NCBI GenBank assembly: GCA_965216245.1 | Contig: OZ244145.1 | Coordinates: 820,943-884,942, forward strand | Reading direction: 5' to 3' | DNA from: Chloroflexota bacterium | Lineage (GTDB): Bacteria; Chloroflexota; UBA11872; VXOZ01 | DNA: 64,000 bases | In this document: in pieces, positions 57,547-64,000 of the stretch | Numbering within the stretch: position 1 is the first letter of the stretch | How the letters are laid out: the number at the start of each line of letters is the position of its first letter | The notes under the pieces: model-generated | Told to the model about the DNA's origin: nothing | Database searches by the model: none | Seen by the model: only the letters and a program-made list of their open reading frames with translations | Made by a program: the position numbers and the translations under genes

Positions 57547-58058
57547 CCGAAGCCGGTCTTACGCAATGTCTCCATGACTGCCTCCCAGCGTGCGGGATAG
57601 CTCTCATGGCTCATTAACGGCTTGAAGCCAAGCTTCAGATAGATGTGGACTGCAGTGAGGCGCTCGTCGTCGGTAAGCAGTTGCACAGAGCGAAAGTTGC
57701 GCTCGCGGAAGCGGTACAACACCGCGAGAGAGAGCCAATATCCCAGGCGAAAGCCGCGATGGTCCGGGTGGACGCAAACCATGTGCACCGTGCCGCGATC
57801 AGGCGGGTTCTGCTCATCGTGAAATGCGCAGGCAGTGCCTACTACCTTTTCACCTTTAATGGCGAAGAACATGCCGTCAGGATCGAAACCCGGCGCGGCA
57901 ATGATGTTCTTGCGGCAAGCCTCGACGGTCCAAGAGGAGTTCATCGCCACCCCCACAAGCTCCGTCCAAAGCACCTCGTCGTTGGGCCGATAGGAACGGA
58001 TGCCGTAGGGTTCCGGTACCTGCATTGGGGGCAGATCGTCCAGATGGGGACGTTCCAT
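57543..58058 (-). CDS. GNAT family N-acetyltransferase. The start was moved to MERPHLDD; the upstream ORF extension is Arg/Ser-rich and implausible.
   Basis: Acetyl-CoA-binding motif region (VHPDHRGFRLGYWL). Confidence 0.65.
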   Translation of the reverse strand: MERPHLDDLPPMQVPEPYGIRSYRPNDEVLWTELVGVAMNSSWTVEACRKNIIAAPGFDPDGMFFAIKGEKVVGTACAFHDEQNPPDRGTVHMVCVHPDHRGFRLGYWLSLAVLYRFRERNFRSVQLLTDDERLTAVHIYLKLGFKPLMSHESYPARWEAVMETLRKTGFG

Positions 58059-58089
58059 CTTTAACTGTGGTTTTGAAGCGCTCACTGCG

Positions 58090-59274
58090 CTACTCCTTGC
58101 CATGCGCTGTAGTTGGGTCGTTGAAGATCGTACCGCCCCAGGTGTCCACCGTCGGACGGCTCCAGGGCGTGGGAATGTTTCGGTAGGGATGCTTTCGCAA
58201 TTCCTCTTCATCCAGTTCTATGCCTAGTCCCGGCGCCTCCGGTATGCGTAACGTGCCGTCCGGCTGGAGGACTTCCAGTGAGTCTACAACGATGTCCTGA
58301 CGCCACGGACACCCAAAGAGGAACGACTCGAGAATCAACACGTTTGGGATGCAACCAACCGCCTGGAGAGTCGCGGCCATCGCCACCGGGCCGTACGGGT
58401 TATGGGGAGCCACAGGAATATCGTAGGTCTCGGCCCAGGCCGCAATCTTCTTGGCCTCCAAGATGCCCCCGGTGTGGCTGATGTCCGGCTGGATTACGTC
58501 GAGGAGTTGCTGCTCGATGTACTCGCGAAACCCCCAACGGGTGAAGAATCGTTCGCCCGCCGCGATTGGCATCCCAATTTTCGCCTGCGCCAGCTTGGCG
58601 TAAGCTGCGGGATTGTCCGGTCTGAGCGGTTCTTCGTAGAAGAAGGGCCGGTAGGGACGCAAGGCCTCCGCCGCCGCAATCGCGCTCGTTACATTTAGGC
58701 GACCGTGGACCTCCACGCAGAGGTCGATATCATCGCCTACTGCCTCTCGCACCGCCGCGACGCTGTCTGCCGCTTCTCTAATCTCCTGTTCGGAAGCCGT
58801 AATCCAGGAGGTGAATGGGTCCCACTTCAAGGCCGTGTAGCCCTGCGCAACCACCGCTTGGGCGGCAGTAGCGAATTCGTCCGGTGTGCTCGCGCCCTCG
58901 AACCAGCCATTCGCGTAGACGCGCACGCGCTCACGGCACGGGCCGCCCAGCAGCGCGTGCACCGGCAGTCCGGCGTCTTTGCCTTTGATATCCCAGCACG
59001 CCTGCTCCAAAGCACTGATGGCAGTGTTATACACGGGTCCTGTGCCGCCGTACTCACCCCGGTGCAAGAGTTGTAGATTGGCTTCGATGTGCCGTGGGTC
59101 CTCGTCAATCAGCACCGCGCCAAGCTCTTTGATAGCGGTAGCCGCAGTGTGCTCTTTCCATGCCAGGGGCGCTTCGCCCCAGCCGTGGAGACCGCTATCC
59201 GTGGTGACTTTGGCAAAGACCCAATTCCACCACTGGCCGTCCACTATAAAGGTTTGAATGTCCCTGATTCTCAT
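58090..59274 (-). CDS. Enolase-superfamily enzyme, mandelate racemase/muconate lactonising family (D-galactonate-dehydratase-like). The start is at MRIRDIQTFIV.
   Basis: N-terminal capping domain (..GWGEA), then barrel metal ligands in D..E..D blocks. Confidence 0.75.
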   Translation of the reverse strand: MRIRDIQTFIVDGQWWNWVFAKVTTDSGLHGWGEAPLAWKEHTAATAIKELGAVLIDEDPRHIEANLQLLHRGEYGGTGPVYNTAISALEQACWDIKGKDAGLPVHALLGGPCRERVRVYANGWFEGASTPDEFATAAQAVVAQGYTALKWDPFTSWITASEQEIREAADSVAAVREAVGDDIDLCVEVHGRLNVTSAIAAAEALRPYRPFFYEEPLRPDNPAAYAKLAQAKIGMPIAAGERFFTRWGFREYIEQQLLDVIQPDISHTGGILEAKKIAAWAETYDIPVAPHNPYGPVAMAATLQAVGCIPNVLILESFLFGCPWRQDIVVDSLEVLQPDGTLRIPEAPGLGIELDEEELRKHPYRNIPTPWSRPTVDTWGGTIFNDPTTAHGKE

Positions 59275-59278
59275 ATGT

Positions 59279-60037
59279 CTATGGCATTGGTGTCTTATGG
59301 AACGTGCGGACGAAATCCGCAAGGTTCTTGGTAATCACGTCCAAGATGGCCTTGCCTTTTTCGGCCGTAGCGAGCGTTGGGTCGCCGGCCACGCCCGTTG
59401 TCCCAGGGTCGAAGACCGGCCAAAAGTAGACCGGCCCTCCCGTGGGCAAGCGTGTGGGCGGGATTCTCAGGTCTTTGACTGCCGTGCTCATGTCTACTAG
59501 TTCCTGCCGGAGATAGAGGTATAGTGATGTCTCAATCTCACAGGCGTGGCCGACATTCTTGCGCTCCCCCTCGACCAGTTCCGCAATTTCTGCCGCTGCC
59601 AGGTCCCAATAGGTCACCGCGCCCACTTCGATGCCTTCGGCGCCGAGCTTGAGAGTCGTCGCTTTCATTGTTTGGTCGTTGCCGCCGTGCCCGTTCAGCA
59701 GCAAGATGTGCCGGAATCCATGCCGCCACATGCAGGTTACGATCTCGCGGATCACTTCGGAAAAGGTGTCGACCGAGAGCGTCAGCGTGCCGGTGAAGTG
59801 CATGTGATGCGGCGAAACGCCCGACCATAGCGGCGGCGCAACGAGCACGGGCACGTCCGGCGATAGCGCCTGTGCCGCGGCTAGGGCAACGGTCTGTGCC
59901 ATGAAGATGTCGGTATTCACCGGTAGGTGAGAGCCGTGCTGCTCGATCGACCCTATCGGCAGTATCACGACGGCATCGTGGTCGCGCATCTCCGCAATCT
60001 CGTCCCGCCGCATCTGTTGCCACTCGTATTTTTCCAT
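59279..60037 (-). CDS. Creatininase-family amidohydrolase (creatinine amidohydrolase, PF02633).
   Basis: ILPIGSIEQHGSHLPVNTD motif and a size of about 250 aa. Confidence 0.8.
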   Translation of the reverse strand: MEKYEWQQMRRDEIAEMRDHDAVVILPIGSIEQHGSHLPVNTDIFMAQTVALAAAQALSPDVPVLVAPPLWSGVSPHHMHFTGTLTLSVDTFSEVIREIVTCMWRHGFRHILLLNGHGGNDQTMKATTLKLGAEGIEVGAVTYWDLAAAEIAELVEGERKNVGHACEIETSLYLYLRQELVDMSTAVKDLRIPPTRLPTGGPVYFWPVFDPGTTGVAGDPTLATAEKGKAILDVITKNLADFVRTFHKTPMP

Positions 60038-60321
60038 AGTCCCCTCCTCTTGCGCTTAACCTCACTGCGGGTATAGTACGCAGCTACGCATTATCTTACC
60101 AACAGTTCTGCCCACAGACCGCCCCCGACCGAACAAGACACAATCACCTTTTCAACGGGCTCCGGGGGCAGCAAGAAGCGAATCATACGCCTCTGGCCCG
60201 TATTCTTGATCACATCTGCCGAGAAAGCATGCCGCCCATGAGCATCGGCATACAGTGGCATTCTGTAGGCCGCCCCACTTTAGGACAATGGCATACCAAA
60301 GTATCTTATGTAAAGTATCAA

Positions 60322-61149
60322 TTAGGCATCGGCCTGCGCCGAAGCGGAATACGGCTGAATGAGGCGCGCGGTGCTGAGGGTTTCCAGCACCGCATCACCG
60401 CAATACTCTACCGTCCTCGGACCGATCTTGCTGCAGATGCTCCCGTCAAAATACATGCGGTCGACGAGATCCGTGCTGTTGTAGCGAATACGCACGGTAA
60501 CCGGCGCAGGCACAGCATAGGGCGTAAGTTCCCGTGCTCGCTCCACGGCGCGGCGCGCTTTGGACTTGAGCAGTTCACGCGCCCGCTGGGGCGAGAGCAA
60601 ACGCGCCGCGTGGCGTCCCAGCGCCTGCTTCACTTGCGCCGTCTCGATGTCGCCCAATAAGTGCCGGGCCTCTCCACACGCCTTGTCGTCGCCGGTGACC
60701 AGACCGACCGGCACCCCATGCGCACCGGCAATCGCAGCATCGATCATGATTTCTCCTGCCGGCGCGGCATTGATCCAAATGTCTTGGTACGATGCTGAAC
60801 TCATGGTATGGTCGCGCACGGCATTTGCTGTACCCGACATGGCATGGTAACCCACCAGCATCATGACGTCGGAGTCCTCCAAGAAGGGGAACCGCTGCTG
60901 GTGGGCACCGCCTGAAATGTAATCGGCAGCGGGATGCAACTCCTCGTAAATGAAGTTGAAGCCGGAACTATGGGCATCGATTACGAGCACGTCATCGGCA
61001 CCTCCGGCCAGCGCGCCGGCAATCACCGCGTTGGTGTCATTCACCAACATACGGCGCGCTTCTTGGTAGAAGAGCCGCCCATGCCCAAGTTGCTCCGTGA
61101 TGACGACACCACTGATCCCTTCCATGTCCACGGCAATGTACGCCTTCAT
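60322..61149 (-). CDS. M55 family D-aminopeptidase (DppA-like).
   Basis: MKAYIAVDMEGISGV N-terminus, characteristic of Peptidase_M55. Confidence 0.8.
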   Translation of the reverse strand: MKAYIAVDMEGISGVVITEQLGHGRLFYQEARRMLVNDTNAVIAGALAGGADDVLVIDAHSSGFNFIYEELHPAADYISGGAHQQRFPFLEDSDVMMLVGYHAMSGTANAVRDHTMSSASYQDIWINAAPAGEIMIDAAIAGAHGVPVGLVTGDDKACGEARHLLGDIETAQVKQALGRHAARLLSPQRARELLKSKARRAVERARELTPYAVPAPVTVRIRYNSTDLVDRMYFDGSICSKIGPRTVEYCGDAVLETLSTARLIQPYSASAQADA

Positions 61150-61643
61150 ATTCGCGCATCCTTACTTGGGGAAGTACTGTTCAATCACGTCAAACATGCT
61201 GCCGGCAGGGAGGCAAGTGGAGATTTGGAAAACCGTGTCAGAGCGTATCGTGCCGCCGCCCCTTTCGCACAGGGTCGGAGGGACGATAGACCCAGGATAA
61301 TTCTCAGATGCCACGGGGTCCCTCCTACTGCGGCGGGCCCCGCTTGTCGGTCACGAGGCATAGCGACAATTGGTGCGCAGAATCCCTCCCAAGGCCGGTA
61401 TAAGATAGGCTATTATAGGCATGCGCATCCTATTCCGTAAACGAACGTATCGTTAGCTGACATGCCCTCGAAACTATGGTACTCTCATTTAGTACGCAAT
61501 TTGCGTGAGTCTCTCATATGGGATTCAGCTTTGGAAGAGATCATTCTCCTTAAGTATTCTCAGCGTACAATCTCGGCGCCAACGACTTACTTACGGACAA
61601 TTCTGGCGGTCACGCCCACGATGAAGAGGAGAACTAACCCACC

Positions 61644-63500
61644 ATGCGAAGATTGATTCGATTACGTCACGTACCTGGGGCGCTCGCTCTTATGGTGATG
61701 CTTTTCGCTATGGCCGTGGCGCCAATCAACGCGCAAGAAGGCACCACCTTTTCGTCGGCGGTGGTCACGAACAACCACTACGATCCCACGCTCAGACACA
61801 ACATCCCAAATCTCCAGATTGTGCGTAATGGTGTGACGAATAGCGTAAACTTCCTCGACCACTACAACAATACCGGTGGTCTGACACGGTGGGGATACCC
61901 CACCTCCGAGGTAATTGAGGAGGAGACCGGCAACCTCGCGCAATACTACCAGCGGGGTGTGGTGGACTGGCACTGGCGTCCCGATCTTGGGCGCTACGAG
62001 ATGGAGCGCCGGTTGGCTTGGGACTTCTTTGGAGGCGGCTCCGGCGTCAGCGTCGACCAGGGCGTCGAGCCGGGCCGCACGAACCCAAATCCGGGTACTA
62101 TTCTGGGACCCTGGGGACACAAGGTTTCCGACTTTTCAATTGAGGGCATTTTTACCGGCTTCAAGGGCTTCTTCGAGGCGCTCGGCGGCATTCAGTCGTT
62201 CGGCTTCCCCAAGACCGATGCTCGTATTGACACGAATTCTCCCGGTACGCTGCATATACAAACTGCCAGTCCCGGCTTCACCCGCCAGTACTTCCAGGCG
62301 GCAGTACTTGAACACCACCAGGGCGATCCGGAACCGGTCAAACTGCGTTTGCTTGGCGACGATCTCCGCAACCTAAACTACCCAAGCAATAGTTGGCAGA
62401 CCTATGCAGCGTTCAATGCCTCGGTGGCCCTTACCCCGGGGCAACTGTACACGATTTCGCGCGTTGTTCGGGGGCATACCTCAAGCGGACAACCGGTAGC
62501 ACCCGAAGCGCAGCCCGCGCCAACGACTCCCGCACCGCAACCGGCAGCACCTACTCCCGCGCCGACCGGCCCCACACCCACGCCAGCTCCTGCTGCAACC
62601 AGCACTAGCGTGTGGTTCGGCGCTTTCGGTGGGGGGGCTATACACTATGACGGATCTGTCTGGAGAACGTATCGCGGCTTCAGGAGCCCGCTTCCGAACG
62701 ACCGCGTGAACGATATTTTCGTCGCGAAAAATGGTGCGAAGTGGTTTGCGACTGAGGATGGTTTGGCGCAATTGCGCGGCACCACGTGGTCCCAGTATGA
62801 CACCGGTACCACCGGGTTTCCTGGAAACAACGTTACGGCGGTCCATGTTGTCGGCGATTTGGTTTGGATTGGCACTGCAGAAAACGGCACCGGTATGTAT
62901 GAGATTTCAAAGAACAAGTGGACGAGCTTCCACACCGAGAACTCTGATATTCCCAGCAACTCCATACGAGACGTGCTAATTATCAATGAGGATCTCAAAC
63001 GTGTTTGGCTCGCAACAGCCGAAGGCGCCGCGCTGTACAACAACGGCCAATGGCAGATCTTCAAGACGCCTTCGCTTGCTTTTAACAAAGTCTTGAGTCT
63101 AGGCATTGACACTCATGGCAATGTTTGGGTAGGTCTGGATGGTGCCGGTCTCAGTGCGTTCAACGGCACAACGTGGACCGACTTCCACGTAGGTAACTCC
63201 GGCCTCACGAATGATACTGTGCGCAGTATCACCGTCGGGCCGGATGGGCGCGTCTGGTTCGGTACGAGGGGCGGCGTAAGTGTTTACGATAACGTTAGCG
63301 GGAAGTGGACTAACTACAATGAGTTCACATCTGGCCTAGCATACAATGAGGTCTTCGACATAGCGATAGACTCGAGCGGCCGCGTTTGGATCGCAACGGC
63401 CGACGGCGCCTCTCTCCTGGAAGGCGGTGCTTGGAGGACCTTCCAAACGAATCAGTCAGATATCACTTATGACGCCCTGCGCGCCGTAGCAGTGGAATAG
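61644..63500 (+). CDS. Secreted multi-domain protein: signal peptide, LGFP repeats, a Pro/Thr/Ala linker, and two-component-regulator-propeller (Reg_prop, PF07494-like) beta-propeller repeats.
   Basis: GGLTRWGYP and GIQSFGFP LGFP-type repeats. The linker PAPTTPAPQPAAPTPAPTGPTPTPAPAA. About 8 repeats of the form W.......G/GL..F.G..W. Confidence 0.65.
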   Translation: MRRLIRLRHVPGALALMVMLFAMAVAPINAQEGTTFSSAVVTNNHYDPTLRHNIPNLQIVRNGVTNSVNFLDHYNNTGGLTRWGYPTSEVIEEETGNLAQYYQRGVVDWHWRPDLGRYEMERRLAWDFFGGGSGVSVDQGVEPGRTNPNPGTILGPWGHKVSDFSIEGIFTGFKGFFEALGGIQSFGFPKTDARIDTNSPGTLHIQTASPGFTRQYFQAAVLEHHQGDPEPVKLRLLGDDLRNLNYPSNSWQTYAAFNASVALTPGQLYTISRVVRGHTSSGQPVAPEAQPAPTTPAPQPAAPTPAPTGPTPTPAPAATSTSVWFGAFGGGAIHYDGSVWRTYRGFRSPLPNDRVNDIFVAKNGAKWFATEDGLAQLRGTTWSQYDTGTTGFPGNNVTAVHVVGDLVWIGTAENGTGMYEISKNKWTSFHTENSDIPSNSIRDVLIINEDLKRVWLATAEGAALYNNGQWQIFKTPSLAFNKVLSLGIDTHGNVWVGLDGAGLSAFNGTTWTDFHVGNSGLTNDTVRSITVGPDGRVWFGTRGGVSVYDNVSGKWTNYNEFTSGLAYNEVFDIAIDSSGRVWIATADGASLLEGGAWRTFQTNQSDITYDALRAVAVE

Positions 63501-63757
63501 CCTTGAGCTCCAAAGACACCGTATTGAGTCTCTAGTTAGGCAGCAAGGAGTGACCGCATCAGCGACAATGTGCGCGGGTGCGGTCGCTCGTTGTCGGGCT
63601 AGATCACACTTTTCACTGTCGGAAATCACGGTTAGCTAAACGCCCGAACGGTCAAGCAGGAGTCCAACAGCACCTCATCCGATATTTCATGAATGCAGTG
63701 CATCACGCCGCAGCAGCCGACACTTCACGCAGCACCAAGCCCACCGAGCAATAGATC

Positions 63758-64000
63758 ATGCGAGACCCAATTCGACATCTTAAAGCGCTGGCATTTGCGG
63801 TGACCGTGTTCTTGATCACCTCATTTGCTTTGGCGCAAGTCTATCCGCAGGTCTTTCCTTTCATGCCCTATGTCTGGCCGTACGTAACCGGCGGATCCTT
63901 GACGTACGCCGGCACCGACCTCGAAATCGCCCCGGCGGCGCCATTTGCCCTCCAAGACCAACGTGGGGCAACAGTCTCACTTGCGGACCAACAAGGGAAA
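63758..64000 (+). CDS. Thioredoxin-fold/redoxin-like (TlpA/AhpC-TSA type) protein, truncated by the window end.
   Basis: An N-terminal membrane anchor, then APFALQDQRGATVSLADQQGK. This resembles the canonical start of TlpA/ResA-type redoxins (AP.F.L.D..G..V.L.D..GK). Confidence 0.4.
   Translation, partial: MRDPIRHLKALAFAVTVFLITSFALAQVYPQVFPFMPYVWPYVTGGSLTYAGTDLEIAPAAPFALQDQRGATVSLADQQGK

Noticed and set aside
60229-60660. 143-aa plus-strand ORF between the creatininase and M55 genes.
   Set aside because: It mostly overlaps the M55 gene antisense and has Arg-rich composition. There is no support.
1-64000. CRISPR arrays, rRNA, integrase/transposase or phage genes.
   Set aside because: I found no regularly spaced direct repeats with unique spacers, no rRNA-like conserved segments, and no recombinase/transposase ORFs. 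The only mobile-like features are the short non-autonomous repeats reported above.

Overview
High-GC (about 60%) bacterial chromosomal segment that is almost entirely coding (about 50 CDS). I found no rRNA, no complete tRNA and no CRISPR array. The provided ORF track omits ORFs that run off the window edges and accepts GTG/TTG starts, so several N-termini were re-placed by hand.

Content, in order along the window:
- (1) Minus-strand catabolic cluster (1-5467): an edge-truncated protein with an FGDLHTH (PHP-like) motif, three tandem amidohydrolase-2 (PF04909) paralogs (one with every predicted metal ligand lost), and a Tat-signal family-1 solute-binding lipoprotein.
- (2) Complete aapJ-J'-Q-M-P-type polar amino-acid ABC importer with duplicated binding proteins (5742-11622, minus).
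- (3) C-N hydrolase, plus the second of four orphan family-1 SBP lipoproteins that have no permease in the window.
- (4) Tight plus-strand operon (14972-19252): 5'-nucleotidase-like and YkuE-like metallophosphoesterases, a DUF1614-like membrane protein and an M20D amidohydrolase.
- (5) Housekeeping block: mutL, a consensus-promoter hsp20, then recN-nadK.
- (6) Minus-strand exopolysaccharide/glycoconjugate locus (26481-33372): three GT4 glycosyltransferases, a secreted GH-A clan hydrolase with LGFP repeats, a flippase-like UPF0104 protein and a low-GC 137-aa insert.
- (7) M42 peptidase.
- (8) Divergent Crp/Fnr regulator-ThuA operon versus a CxxCH lipoprotein (cytochrome P460/c'-beta-like).
- (9) Two more orphan SBPs, two Gfo/Idh/MocA oxidoreductases, a DcyD/ACC-deaminase-family enzyme and a neutral-ceramidase-like protein.
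- (10) ftsH, a heterodimeric ABC exporter pair, mutM, paralogous envelope proteins, TauE/SafE, a GNAT, and an enolase-superfamily/creatininase/M55 cluster.
- (11) A secreted LGFP-repeat plus Reg_prop beta-propeller protein, and a truncated redoxin-like gene at the 3' edge.

Main non-coding structures:
- A MITE-like element family with GTCATTCCGAGCG...GGAATC terminal inverted repeats, seen as at least 8 full or partial copies, with nested copies between hsp20 and recN.
- A 26-nt hairpin repeat (CCGGTAGCGCAGGTTTGYAACCTGCG) that resembles a tRNA anticodon arm, at three intergenic sites.
- Three tandem direct repeats of about 20 bp upstream of the ABC exporter pair.
- Several perfect palindromic bidirectional terminators.
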